Source: the human T2T-CHM13v2.0 reference genome, Homo sapiens. From it: 64,000 bases of DNA. Positions 27,251 to 41,595 of this stretch are shown here, one piece after another. The notes below the pieces were generated by a model. That model had not been told where the DNA came from, ran no database searches, and saw only the letters and a list, made by a program, of their open reading frames with translations. Positions within the stretch are counted from its first letter, which is position 1. Each line of letters opens with the position of its first letter. The stretch lies in assembly GCF_009914755.1 (NCBI RefSeq), contig NC_060928.1; one strand, given 5' to 3'. A program made the position numbers and the translations under genes.

Positions 27251-29795
27251 TTTTCATCCACATTTCTGGGAAGATAGAGTCTCAAAGTGCTTTATGGAGA
27301 TGTCTGTATAAAATACCCACTAAACTTAAATGGTGAATTTCAAATTAATTATTAAAAGCAAAAGTAGCTGACAAATGAGATGAATTTTAAATATTTTATG
27401 GTACCATGCAATTTTGTTACCTTGTAGTTCCAAGCTCTTTGATGAGTTGTGAAAGCTGTTTCTTGTACTAATATCAAATATTTAGTTATTTTTAAATGAT
27501 GATTTTTCCAGACCTATAAAATGTTTTTATCATCTTAAATATCGTAGGCTTCAATATCCTTGTGAAAAGTAGTGCAAACCTAAATTATAAATCTTTACAA
27601 GAAATTACCTTATTTGGCTTCTATTTCATTCTTTTTTGATATGTCTGCACTTCAATAATCCTCATTTGATTGTTTTGTAAAAATTTATTTATTTTATAGT
27701 ATATACTAAAGTATACAACATGATGTTTTAATATACATAGTGAATTAGTTCCTATAGTCAAGCAAATTGACGTATCTATCATCTTACATAATTACCCATT
27801 TTTTTAAATCATAAGAGCACCTAAATCTACTTTCTTAACAAATTTCCAATTACAGTATAATATTACTAACTATAGTTCTTGTGCTGTACATTAGAGCTCT
27901 AAGAATTATTCTCCCTACATAACTTGCAACTTTTTACTCTTTGACTTGCATCTCACCATTTCTTTTCTCTCCCCACCCCATCTATAGTAACCACTATTCT
28001 ATCCTCTTGTTTCTATGTATTTGACTTACTATTTAAATTTCATATATGTATGAGAACATGCAGTAATTTTTTTTTCTATCTGGCTTATTTCACTGAACAT
28101 AAGTTCACCCATGTTGTTGCAAATGGTAGAGTCTCCTCTTTTTTTTCTTTTAGGCTGAATAATATTTCCTTGTAGGTATATACCACATTTCTTCAACCAT
28201 TCATCCATCGATGACTATTTATGTTGTTTCTCTATCTTTGCAACTGCAATACAATAATGACCATGAGAGGGCAGATACCCCTATGAGGTGCTGATTTTTA
28301 TTTATTTTGAGCAAAATTTTTATTTCCAGAGGGGTTGCTGGGTCACCTGATAGCTTCATTTTTAGTTGTTTTGGTGGAACCTCCATACTGTTTTCATAAT
28401 AGTTGTACCAATTTACATACCTACTAAAAATGTTCGAGGGTTTTCTTTTCTGCTGACTCTCAAAAATTGATATTTCTTGTTTTTGAAGTAATAGCCATCC
28501 TAACAGATGTGTGGTGATATATCATTGCAGTTTTGACTTGTATTTCTCCAATGATTTAGAGAACCTTTCCATGTACGTATTGGTAATTATATGTCTTCTT
28601 TCAGGGGATGTCTATTCAAGTCCTTTGCACATTTTTAAAATGAGTTTTTTGTTTAATTAATTAATCAATTAACTGCTATTGAGTTGTACAACTTCTTTAT
28701 ATATTTTGAATATTAACCACTTATCAGACATATGGTTAGCAAATATTTTCTCCCAATACATAAACTTCATTTTCACTCTGTTGTTTGTTTACTTTCTTGT
28801 GGGGAGCTTTGTAGTTTGATGTAATTCCATTTGTTTATTTTTTTCTTCTGTTATCTGAGCTTTTGTTATCACATCCAAAACATCATTGACAAAGCCAATG
28901 TCAAGAAAATTTTCTCTGATGTTTACTTCTAGAAATTATATGGTTTCAGGCCTTATGTGTAGGTCTTCAATTTATTTTGAGTTGACATTTGTGGCATTAA
29001 AGATCCAACTTTATTCTTTTGCATGTGGATATCCAGTATACTAATATCATTTATTGAAAAAGATTATCCTTTCCCCATGTGTCTTCTTGGTGTCCTTCTC
29101 AAAAATTAGTTGACTGTACATGCATGGATTTATTTTGGGGCTCTCTATTCTGTTCCATCAGTCTATGTGTTTGTTTTTATGCCATTATTATACTGTTTTG
29201 ATTATTACAGCTTTATAATACCATTTAAAATTAGGAAGTCTGACGCCTCCAACTATTTCTCTTTTTCAAGTTTGCTCTCTGGCTATTTGAAATCTCTTGA
29301 GGTTTTATACAAATTTTAGAATTTTGTCTATTTCACTGAACAAGGTCATTAGAATTTTGATTGGGATTCCATTGAATCTGTATATTGCTTTGGGTAATAT
29401 AGATATTTTAACAATTATTTCAATCCACAAACATAGGAATCTTCTCATTTATTTGTGTCCATTTCAATTACTTTCACTGGTATTTTATATTTTTCAATGT
29501 ACAGACATTTTACCTTTTGGATAAATTCTTTTTTAAGAATTTTAGTCTTTTGATGACATTATAAGTAGCATTGTTGGTTGATTTCTTTTCAGTATATTAC
29601 GGTGATGTATTTTTTCCGTTATTGGTATAACAATAAATGCAACTGATTTTTGTATGTTGATTTTGCATACTGCAACTTTACTGAAATCATTTACTAATTA
29701 TAAATGTTTTTGTGGATTCTTTAGGGTTTTCTACGTGTAAAATCATGCCATTTGCAAATAGAAATAATTCTATTTCTTCCTTTACATTTTGTCTG

Positions 29796-29885
29796 ATCTC
29801 TCTTTCTTTCTTTCCTTTCTTTCTTTCTTTCTTTCTTTTTCTTTCTTCTATCTTTCTCTCTCGCTTTCTTTTTTTTTTTTTCTCT
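29796..29885. repeat. CT-rich (TTTC)n polypyrimidine tract within the L1
   Basis: Seen directly. Confidence 0.9.
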
Positions 29886-31519
29886 GATTGTGCTTGCTAT
29901 TACCTCCAGTACTATGCTGAATAGAACTGGTGAGAATGGGCATCTTTGCCTTGTACTACTAAATGTCAGAAAAAAGGTGTTTAGTTTTACCTTTGTGGGA
30001 GTAAAAAGCTGTGATATTTTTATAAATGTCATTTATCATGGTTGAGAAAATTTACTTCTATACTGAAATTGCTTAGAGTTTTTAACATAAAAGCATGTTG
30101 ACATTTGTCAAATGATTTTTTTGTATCTCTTAAGATGATCATGTGATTTGTATCTTTTATTCTGTTAATGTAGAGTATCACATTGATTGATTTACATGTT
30201 AATACAACCTTGCATTACAGGAATAAATTTCAATTGGTCATAATATATAATCACTAATGTTTTGTTGAATCAGTTTGCTAGAATTTAATTGAAGGTTTTT
30301 GTAAATCTTTTTTTCAGAGATATTGGGCTGTAATCTTTTTCCTCTGTGGTGTGTTTGTTTAGCTTTGATATCAAGTTGATACTTGCTTCATAACATGAGT
30401 TTAGAAGTGATTGTTTCTCTGCTATATATTTGGAAGAGTTTAAGCAGGACTAGTACTCATCTTCTAAATGTTTGGTAGAACTCACCTGTGAAGTCATCTG
30501 ATACTAGATTTTTAAAATGTTGTTGGGAGGTTTTTAATAACTATTTCACAATCTTTATTTGTTGTCTTTTCAGGCTTTCTACTTTTCCATGTTTTAATCT
30601 TGTTCAGTTGTATGTTTCCAGAAATTTATCCATTTCTTCTAGTTTATTCAGTTTGTTGGGATATAATTGTTTATATTAGTCCCTTATGTTCTTTTTTATT
30701 TCTGAGGCTTCCATTATAATGTGCCTTCTTTCATTTATGACTTTATTTATTTAATATTTTTTTCTCTCAATCTAGATAAGGGTTTGTCACATTTGTTTGG
30801 TCTTAAAAATAATTGAGTTTTGTTGTTTTTTTCGCAGTTTTTCTATTCTCTATTTGATTTATTTCTACCCTAATCTTTATCATTATCTTCATTCTCATAA
30901 CTTTGAGTTTAATTTGTTTTTTTTTTAGCTTCTTGGGATGTAATATTATGTTGTTTATTTCAGATCTCTCTTCTTTTTTAATGCAGACATTTAGCACCAC
31001 AAAATTCCCTCTTAGAACTGCTTTTGCTGTATCCCATAGGATTTAAAATGCTGTGTTTCTATTTTCAGTTGTCTTCAGATATTTCGAGCTTCTTTTTTGA
31101 TTTTTGACCCATTGACAATTCAGAAACATGTTGTTTAATTTCTACATAGTTGTTCATTTCATAGTATTCCTTCTATCATTGATTTCTAATTTCATACCAC
31201 TGTGGTCAGAAAAGATACTTGGTACTTGGTATGATTTCAATCTTCTTAAATTGTAAGACATGTTTGGTGTCCTAATACATGGTTTATCCTGAAGAAGTGA
31301 GTATCTTGTAGGCAAGATATTGTTAGATCATGGTTTTTATTTATTCAGCCATTCTATCACATTTGAGTAGATAATTTAATCAATTTACATTCAACGTAAT
31401 TATTGATGAGAAAGGATTAATAGTGCCATTTTGTTTATTGTTTTCTGTTTGTTTTGTAGACACTTTCTTCTTTTCTCTTCTTTTTCTGACTGATATGCTT
31501 TGATTACTTTCTCTATTAT

Positions 31520-31887
31520 TGTATTAGTCCATTTTTCAGGCTACTGTTAAAGACATAAATGAGACTGGTCAATTTACAAAAGAAAGAGGTTTACTGGATT
31601 TACAGTTCCACATGGCTGGGGAGGCCTCACAATCATGGTGGAAGACAAGGAGGAGCAAGTCACATCTTACATAGATGGCAGCAGGCAAAGAGAGAGACCA
31701 TGTGCAGAGAAACTCCTGTTTTTAAAGCCATCAGATCTCATGAGCCCCATTCACTATAATGAGAACAACATGGGAAAAACCTGCCCCCATGATTCAATCA
31801 TTTTTCACCAGGTACCTCCCACAACACATGGGAATTAGGGGAGCTACAAGATAGATTTGGGTGGGAACACAGAGCCAAATCATATTA
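31520..31887 (-). mobile_element. THE1 solo LTR (ERVL-MaLR)
   Basis: 'tgtattagtcc...cagttccacatggctggggaggcctcacaatcatggtggaag...agccaaatcatatta'; 5-bp TSD attat/gttat. Confidence 0.93.
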
Positions 31888-32450
31888 GTTATGATGATGA
31901 TTACATAACATATGATGTAAATATAACAGTGTATTTCACCTGAATAGCAACTTTGATTTTATACTAAAATTCTATACTTCAAGTGTTCCTTCCTTTCTTC
32001 CTTTACGTTATTACATTAAACTTAAAATATTTTTTTGATGTAACAACTTAAAATATTTTTATATTATGTACCCACTAAGGAAATGTTATATCTTTTGTTA
32101 CTAGTAATGCGTTTGTCTTTTAGTCTTTATTCTGTAGTTTAAAATGATTTGCACATCACTATTACAATATTATTCTAAACTTAGGAGTATATTTTCCTCT
32201 ACTAGTGAATTTCATACTGTCACATTTTTCAAGTTAGTAATTCACATTATTTCATTTCAACTTGAAGAACTCCCTTTAATATTTCTTGTAAGGCAAGTCT
32301 AGTACTGAATAACTCCTTTATCTTTTTTTATTTTGTGTTGTTATTGTTGTCTAGGACTGTATTTCTCTTTTGTTTTTAAAGGACTACTTTGTCAGGTAAA
32401 GTATTCTTATTTGACATATACTTTTTTTTTCTTTCAAGACTTTGTATATA

Positions 32451-33298
32451 CATTAGTCCCTCCTTATCTGTGGTTTCACTTTTTGTGGTTTCAGTTATCT
32501 GTAGTCAACTGTAGTCAGAAAATATTAAATGGAAAATTCCAGAAATAAACAATTCATAAATTTTAAATCGCACACCATTCTGAGTAATGTGATAAAAGCT
32601 TGCTCTGTTCCACCTTGAATGCGATCATCACTTTGTTCAGTGGATCCATCCTCTATACACTACCCATCTTTCAGTCACTTTGTAGCCATCTCAGTTATCA
32701 AGACAGACTGTCACAATATTGCAGTGCTTGTATTTGAGTAACACTAATTCTACTTAACAATGGCCTAAAAGTGCAATAGTGGTAATGCTAGAAGTTGGGT
32801 ATGCCAAAGAGAAGCCATAAAATGCTGTTAAGTGAAAAGATGAAAGTTCTCCACTTAGTAAAAAAATAATAACAATGTTATGTTGGAAGTTGCAAAAATC
32901 TATGATTAAAAAAATCAATGTTCTATCTGTCAAATTTTGAAGAAGGAAAATCTATTGTGCTAGTTTTGTTTTCCCACCTGAAACTGCAAAGTTGCAGCCA
33001 CAGCAAACAAGTGCTTACTTGTTCAGATGAAAAGGGCCTTAAATGTGTTAGCAGAATAAAAGGATATTTTGAGAGAGAGGGACCACATTTATGTAACTTT
33101 TATTACAGTATATTATTATATTGTTTCTATTTTATTATTGTTAATCTCTTGCTGTGCCTAATTTATAAGTTAAACTTTATTATAAGTATGGATGTATGGA
33201 CAAAAGATAGTATATATACAGTTTCATACTATCTGGAGCTTTAGGTATTCACTGAAGGGTCTTAGAACATATTCCCTGCAGATAAGCGGGGAGTACTG
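32451..33298. mobile_element. MER44/Tigger7-derived non-autonomous DNA transposon
   Basis: TIRs 'cattagtccctccttatctg' / 'cagataagcggggagtactg'; TA TSDs (32449-50, 33299-300); 'aaatggaaaattccagaaataaacaattcata'. Confidence 0.88.
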
Positions 33299-35360
33299 TA
33301 TCATTCCATTTGCTCTGAGCCTGCAAGTTTCTCCTTTGAAATCTACTGACTGCTTTATGGAGATTCCCAAGTATGTAAAATATTGATTTTCTCTTGTCTC
33401 ATTTTCTTGATATTAGACAGTTTGATTATAATGTGCCTCAGGACAGAAATCTTTGGATTGAAGTTGTTTAGAAATATTTGTACTTCATATGTCTCCTAAG
33501 ATTTGGGAAGTTTTCAGCCATTATTTTTTGATACATACTTTCTACTTCTTTCTCATGTCATTCTCCTTTTGGAACTTCCATAATGCATAATGGGTTCACT
33601 TAATGGTGTCCCATAAGTCCTATAGGCTTTCTTCATTTGTTTTCTCTTTTTTCTTCTGAGTGGGTAATTTCAAAACTTGTTGAGTTTGCAATTATTTTCC
33701 TTCTGCTTGATCAAGTCTACTGTTGAAGATCTCTATTGCATTTTTTTTTTCATTTTACTGATTATATTCTTCAGCTCTAGGATTCCCATTGGGTTCTTAT
33801 TTATAACTTCTATCTCTTTGTTAAACTTCCCATTTTATTCATGTAGTGTGTTTCTGATTTCATTTAGTTTATTTGTGTGCTCTTGTATCTAAGCGACTTT
33901 TTCAAAATAATTATTTTGAATTTCTTTTTAGGCAATTTGTAGATACGCATTTTGAGGAGTTAAGTACTAGATAATTATTGTGTTACTTTGGTAATGTCAT
34001 AATTTCTTGATTTTTTTGTTTCTTGTTGCTTTGTATCTGTTCATTTGATGAAGTAGTCACCCTTTTTAGACTACTGTAGCACCTGAGTCCTGGGATGTGG
34101 GCATACTCATTGACACATGGACATGTACAGGTCATCCATGAATTCATGGTCTGAGACTCTGAGGCATACCCTGGTGGCTCAGACCCACTGGTTAGAGTCC
34201 AAAAAGGTATAGCTGTGGTCAGACTTCAGGGAGCAGGATACAGCAGTGGCATGGCCCTAGGGTTAAGGGATAGTTTGGTGGTTCAGCCTTCAGAGGAAGA
34301 CAGCAGGGGCAACTTAGTTCCCAGGGATGTATAAGTGTACCTGTGACTGAGGCCCTGAAGGGCAGGAGGCAGCACTTCGATCCCTGTGGTGCTGCAGCAC
34401 TCTGGTCATTCAGACTCTGGTGGGTATGATGCCTCAGCCTTGAGGCCCCAAGGTTGGTGGGCTATCAAAGTGACTTGGGCCTTAGGGTTGATACGGCTCC
34501 ACAGCAGCGCAGCCCTGGGATTGTGACACAGTGGTAATTGGAGCCCCAGTAGGCAGGGCCCTGCACAGTGGTGATTTCATTTCCTGGGATACCAGACACC
34601 ACAGTAGCTTAGGCCACAGTGGGAGAATAAAGTGGCAGTAAGGCCCTAGGAATGTTGAGGCACAGCTGTGGCTCAGTTTCCAGGGTGTGAGGTACAGCAT
34701 GATTAAGCCCCCAGTAATAGCAGGGCACAGTTGTGACTCTGCCTCTGAGGGGTGTGGCTCCAAGATTAATGTGACTTTGTAGCAGCTCAGTTTCAGGAGT
34801 AAGGGTGAAACTGCAATGCAGGCCCTGGAGGGTGGGGCACAGCTCAGCAGCAATTCTGGTCCTTGGGTAAGTGGGGCACTACAGACCTGAGTAGCAGGGT
34901 GCAGTGCAGCAATTATATCGGTTCCTGGGAATGCTGATGCTGCAGCAGCTCAGGCCTCCCTGGATGGGGCAGCGTAACACAGTGAGGACTCCCGTCCTGG
35001 GACTACAGGCTCCATCACAACTCAGGCTCCAGAAAGGGAAGGGCATGCATTGACCCAAGACCATAGGGGTGGGGTACAGCAGCTACTCATGCCAGGGATG
35101 GAGGGATATCATGCACCCCAGACAGGTAGGGAGGAGTGCAGTGGCAACGAGGCCCCAGGGATGGAAGGGTGCAAAATCTACCCTGGTCCGGGGAGTCCAG
35201 CACAGCACAGTACATCAGCAGTGCTAGTTTTTCCAGCAGTGCTACTTTTTCCAGCAGGTTCTGGAAAGCTCCCTCAGTTGGGCTCAGTGCTCTTGAAGAC
35301 TGCACTTGAAGAGCTCTTGAAGAGTTCCCAGTGGCAAAATGCTACAGGTATCCTCAGTTG

Positions 35361-37465
35361 GAGTTTGGATCATAATCTTGAAAGACATAATACTGAATGC
35401 CATATTCTCTGATGTTGAAATCTGGAAAAATCATAGTCCCTAAAGAGCAAAGTCTTTAAATTCTAAATCTCTAATGTCTAATAGATTGAAAATCATAATC
35501 ACAAGATAGTTGCATCATGTTAGGCTGGACTAGTAGTACCTTGTTATTGTCTTCATGCAGAGGAAAATAAATTTCAATTCAATACCCAAAATATAACAAC
35601 AGATTTGGAATTAGGTGCTACCAAGTCTTCTAAAGTAAATTTCAAAGTGTTACTAATAAAGATCGTTTTTTCCATTTATTCTGATGCATTTGGTAGAACA
35701 TTCAGATAAATGGTTTAGCCATGTGATATGAAAACTTCAGATTAAAAATGCGTCATTTGCCTGCATTGACATTCCTCTCAGCTGATGACATTCCAGGAGC
35801 TCTTAATGAATTAAAGGTGCATTTGCCTGAAGAAGCGACTGAAGTTACTGTTTTGTAAATAATTGTGTACATGGTAGGATAAGAAGACACTTAGGCAATG
35901 GTGTTTGCTGTTAGATCACCGTATTGTTTCCACCAAATCTGTGGTCTACATGTGCATGGGGTGTGGATTTCTGCATACCCCAAACAACAAAGAACCATGG
36001 CACGTAAGATGGAAAAATTTGACAGGAAGGTTCATGTCAGTGTATGTTAAATCATAGAAGAACTGCAAAAAGAGTAGTGTCACACAGAAAATGAATGTAA
36101 ACGTATGCTCTGAGGAGAGACATGTCTTAAGCAAATAAAGCAGCTATTCATCATGATGAATGCAAGACTACAAAACATAGTTAATGATCATGAAAGTTGT
36201 TCATTTCTTATGGATTATCTCTGTAATACACGTTTTTACATGACAAATTTTCTTTTTAGTTTTTTTTAGTTTTTAAAAAAATATTTTATATTGTCAGCAT
36301 TATTTTTTGCCATTTGCTATGCTCTGTGGTTTATATTTTTGTCATTTCTAATAGTAAAGGTATGAATCATGTAAAGACTTTTACAGAGTTCTGACACATT
36401 TTATGTATTTTTTTACAAGGTGATTTTATAAAAGCATATTATCACAATGTTTACTTTGTGACCATGTATTTTGCATGTACATAAAGACATTGAAACTTCC
36501 TCGATTAGCTGAGGAGGCTTTTTTGTTGTATATCCGCTTTTGTGAAAAATAAAATTTTTAAAAATCTTGGGTCTTTGGGCAACTGGTGTGGCTATGCAGT
36601 GGTGATCCATCATGGTTTTTTATCAATCTTTTCCAAATGCTTAGGTTGTCCATCACTGTATTTCAGTATTTCAGATGACTGCTGCCATAAAGATGGGCAC
36701 ACACAACTAACAACCATAGTGATACTTGTTTATGCACTTTGAATTTTGACTTATGTCTTTATGAATATGGCTTGTCTACTCATAACTGTTATACCCATAT
36801 AACTGTCATTGGTATACCTAAATGTTTATTTATGCAAAAATATATGTTATTTTGCCTATTTTATTATTGATATGGTTCGGCTGTGTTTCCTCACTAAAAT
36901 CTCATCTTAAATTGTAATCCCCATGTGTCAGGGTAGAGATCTGGTGGAAGGTGAATGGATCATGGCGGTGATTTCTTCCATGCTGTACTCGTGATAGTGA
37001 GTGAGATCTCATGAGATCTGATGGTTTAAAAGTGTGACACTTACCCCATTGCTCTCTCTTTCCTGCCACCAGGTAAGACGTGCGTTACTTCCCCTTTGCC
37101 TTCCGCCATGATTGTAAGTTTCCTGAGGCCTTCGCAGCCTTGCAGAACTGTGAGTCAATTAAACCTCTTTTCTTTTTAAATTACTCAGTCTCGGATTGTT
37201 CTTTGTAGCAGTGTGAAAATGGACTAACAGAATTGTGTAAAGTGGCCTATGTTCTCCTATGTTTTAAGTTTCTTGTTGTAAAAATAAAAATATCTTTAAA
37301 TTTTTTTCTTAATTGCACTTTCCAGAATTATGTTTTCAATAATTTGATCATTTGAAATTGTGATTTTCAGGGTTTTAGACTTCAGGGAGTTGAATCTTTT
37401 AGGATTTCAACATTTGGGATTATGATGTTTGGCATTGTGTGCTTTGGAAATTATGATTCGTTCCC
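35361..37465 (+). mobile_element. Ricksha (MULE/MuDR) DNA transposon with transposase remnants
   Basis: Long imperfect TIRs ('gagtttggatcataatc...' / '...ttatgattcgttccc'); 9-bp TSD cctcagttg/ccacagtgg; translated remnants CIW*NIQINGLA, LFPPNLWS and NNKEPWH. Confidence 0.85.
36868..37231 (+). mobile_element. THE1D-like solo LTR nested in Ricksha
   Basis: 'tgatatggt...ttccgccatgattgtaagtttcctgaggcc...gaactgtgagtcaattaaacctc...ggactaac'; 5-bp TSD attat/attgt. Confidence 0.92.
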
Positions 37466-38762
37466 CCACAGTGGTGTTGAGGGCTACTAAGGCCTTCTTG
37501 CTTACCTTTTTCTTGGATGGGTGAATCATTCTTGGATCCTTGTTGATCCTGACTGGAGAGTGGAGTGTTTGCTGCAGACAAAAGGTTTCTTACTCTTCTA
37601 TTTGGTCGGCCTTTGTTTCTGCACTCCATAGCATTTCTGCTATTTCTCTGCTGTACTCTGGAGCTCTCTCTTATATTTCACAGTTACATTCATCAACAGG
37701 TAGTTATTTCTTTGTTGTTTTTGTTGTTCTTATGGGGGAGATAAGCACGGGAACCTGCTGGCCTGCTAGTCTGACATCTTGTTGATTTCACTGGTTATTT
37801 CTTAATGAGTGTTTCTCAGGTCATTCTAAGTGATAGAGCAACACTCTCAGGGTAGCTCATACAGTACAAAAGAAACATTCGAAAAAAATGTGCTGTTAAG
37901 TAACCATATTCCAGAGTAAAGTGTAATATTCTCATCTGTAATTATGACTTTTTTTAATTTGTAGAATTGAATTCCTTCACTATGTTAATAATCAGTTGTA
38001 TATAGAAGAAAACTTACATCATGAAAATATAGCGATTACATTCATTGTGTGGAAAATATTAGCAAAACAGAGCAAAAAATAGTATCAAATTATTATTCAA
38101 ATCACAATTGTTCAGATAACACATTATTGGGTAAATATTTCAAAAACTGTATTCATTGCCTGATAATCAGGTGCAAAAATGTAAAGATTAGTTTCTGACA
38201 TTATAATTTATTATTTATATAAAGAATATTATTGTGTTCCAGTCAAATTTTATAAAATTGGTTAGACTTTTTAGGTTGTTGTACAACACATTATTTTCTT
38301 CCCATAAGATACTAAAAACCTTTCAATTGCATATTTTTGTATAGAATATCTGATTTTCAAGATAGAATATGAGATGCCTATTTACTTATGTAAAGTCATT
38401 TCTCAGGGCACTTCATTATGTTCATTTCATCTGGATTCAATTCACGTGTTGATGACAGATTTTGTGAGCAATCCTTATTAGTGGTAATGTTTTTTAGCAG
38501 GTCATAGAAACTGCTGGCTGCTGCTCCCTGAAATTCACATCCTTTCCTTTATACAGCTAGATTACATTTGTCTGCCTTTCTTGTTATTTGTCACTCGATT
38601 CTAGTCAATAGATTATAGACGGAAAATTGGCACTATGTTCATAAAAACTTTCTATAACCTCTCCTCCGTGAGCTTTCCTCCCCCTCCTCTTGACAGCTAG
38701 AATGAGAAATACGTCCAGAGTAATCCCCAGTGTAACATTAAGAGCTTTGTATTGAAGAACTA

Positions 38763-39184
<422 letters not shown>

Positions 39185-39259
39185 CTAAGGTCTAATACAG
39201 GACCTGATTGTGAGGGGCATGCTGATCTGTTTAAGCCACATCGTCATTAAGCCTGTGAC

Positions 39260-39302
<43 letters not shown>

Positions 39303-39320
39303 TGTGTGTGTGTATATATG
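39260..39320. repeat. (TA)n(TG)n microsatellite
   Basis: Seen directly. Confidence 0.95.
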
Positions 39321-41320
39321 GACTTCATTGCTTTAATTAACATGGGGCATTTTTTTTTCCACTATTCAGTTAAAGTGGATCCTCAGGTGATATTTTACTT
39401 TGTATGAACGTACAACTCAAAGAAAAGTAGCTTCAGCACCATTCACTGTTATGTATAGTTTCTTTGAGGAAATCATTTTGTGCATAATAATTTTTAAATA
39501 TTAAAATATTAGTTTATCTACCATTGCTATGGTTTTGTCATGGCAGTGTGCAACAGTGGTGGAAGAGGCAAAAATGGTGACTTATAATACCATCTGGATC
39601 AGAAATACAACATTTATTTAGTATAATTAAGTATTCCCATTCAAGTATTAAATATAACACAACCAAATGAAATCCAACAGTACTACTGAATAAATCTAAT
39701 TGCTATATCTAAATAGAATATGTGAGTTTTTTTATTATATTTTTTCACTGATTAAATAAAAAACAACAGACTATAGATTTGTTGTTACAAATACCATACT
39801 GGTTGGCAGATATAAAAACTCTTTCTGTACAAGGTCCTTAAAAAGTACAATCAAAGCATTATTTGGATAATGACTTAAGAGTGGCAGGGTTGCTAATCAT
39901 ATCTATTTTACATGTATCCAGTTACTGCAATAATAAATGTAAGATTTGATATGCAGAATCCAAATAGCATTTCATGGTATGGTAATAGTAATTTTAATTT
40001 TTGATGTTTAATCAGATGTTTACAGGAATACAGTCATTTAATATTTTTATTGTTTATACAGATATGTAATTTCTTCTCATTTTTACTCATCCCATGATCT
40101 GCAGTTAAGCTTATGTAATCGTCACTGCTGTAATTCTTTTCTATTGTATGGATTACATTATATGCTTTGGGCATAAAGCAAGAGAAAATAATGGAGTTTT
40201 CAAATAGTTATGCCTCTTGTCTCCAATGAATGTAAGATAATTGCATTAAGAAAGAGAAGCAGAATGTTGTGCTTTTGCCAACAGGAAATGGTTATCATTG
40301 TCCAACAAAGAATAAAATAAACTATGTAGATAAAGACTCTGCCTTGATCCAACGTAAATCATGCAAAACTAACACATTTATCCTAACTGTCTTTGAAAAT
40401 GGATAATGGATTCCTTGTTTGAATTAACATGAGCTGGAAACAGGTTAAACTGTATTGTTGTATTGCATAATTATAGCAAAATAAGAATCTCTTGTCAAGA
40501 ACACAACTTATTCTTAACTTCTCTGAGACAGGAAAAATCTCTCGGCCAGGAAATAGATCTCAGGAAAATAACCTGACAGATAAAACATGCATAAATTAGG
40601 TAGTGACATATAAACACACACACAACCATACTTTAATTCATATATATATTAATAAATATAAAATAGGCTTATAAAAGAAAAGTTTATTTACACAAATATT
40701 TAGTATATACATATTTTATATAGGGCATTGAGCTAATTTATTTGCATGTATTATTTATGAATTAAAGGTGTTTTATTTAGTTTCATCAACAAATATGTTA
40801 CATTTATTTTATATTTATATTTTTATATATGCTTTATGCGTTTATTTACTTAGTCTCAGGAATAAGGACAAATATATTTTACCAATGCAGAGCACATTAT
40901 TTAGGTAGTTTTAGTAACCAACTCAAGCTGGCCAGCTGATGCATGACAAAGAAAGAAATTAACTCAAGCTTCCATGAGCATTCAACATGCTTACGAACAT
41001 TTTTGTGTAATGTAGAAGTCAGAATATAGTCTGAGAACACATGGAAGCTTACAAAGTGCTTTTTATGTGAAGGAAAGCCCATCGTCTTGAAATTTCGTAT
41101 GTTAGTTCAGGAAAATATTGCTGTAAAATTAAAATCTTCAAAATTTTCAACTTTGATTAAATATCTTTTAACACTAATCTAACCTTTAATGAGAGCTAAG
41201 CTTTAACTAGAGTTATATGCTTCCTTTACTAGGTTTAAAGAAGTAACAAATGAATTTTACAAATATATTTATATTACAAATATTTTTATCCTTGCATATG
41301 ATTGGAAGGTGTTTTGAAAT

Positions 41321-41323
41321 ATG

Positions 41324-41365
<42 letters not shown>
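41321..41365. repeat. (TATATG)n hexamer repeat
   Basis: About 7 units; source of the CICICI/HIHIHI ORFs. Confidence 0.95.
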
Positions 41366-41366
<1 letters not shown>

Positions 41367-41595
41367 TCTCTCTCTGCATTGTAGTTTCATTCCACCATAC
41401 TCCATTCAAGAAAGTAGTTATTTCTGTAAGATGTTGGTTCAGGCAAGGTAATATGTCTGAAAGCAAAATTTCATTCAAAATATTCTGTTTTCTCAACACC
41501 TAAGACTCTGAAGAAAGTCATTGTATTGCAGAAGGCATGGCAAGTAGTGATAATTTTCTTGGAATAAGCAGAACAGTTTGAAAGCAGGTAACGTG

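Larger units (their letters stand above)
27680..37792 (-). mobile_element. Old near full-length L1MA-type element (~6.8 kb net) hosting nested insertions
   Basis: 3' UTR at 27680-28150; ORF2 to ~31450 with a deletion near 31295; ORF1 ~32250-34070; GC-richer 5' region; 5' terminus rc 'agtgaaatcaacaagatgtcag'. L1 sequence is continuous across the insertions. Confidence 0.8.

Noticed and set aside
34070-35350. GC-rich island as a host promoter or exon (ORFs 34482, 35050)
   Set aside because: It is CpG-depleted, lies within the L1 5' region, and the ORFs resemble no protein I recognise.
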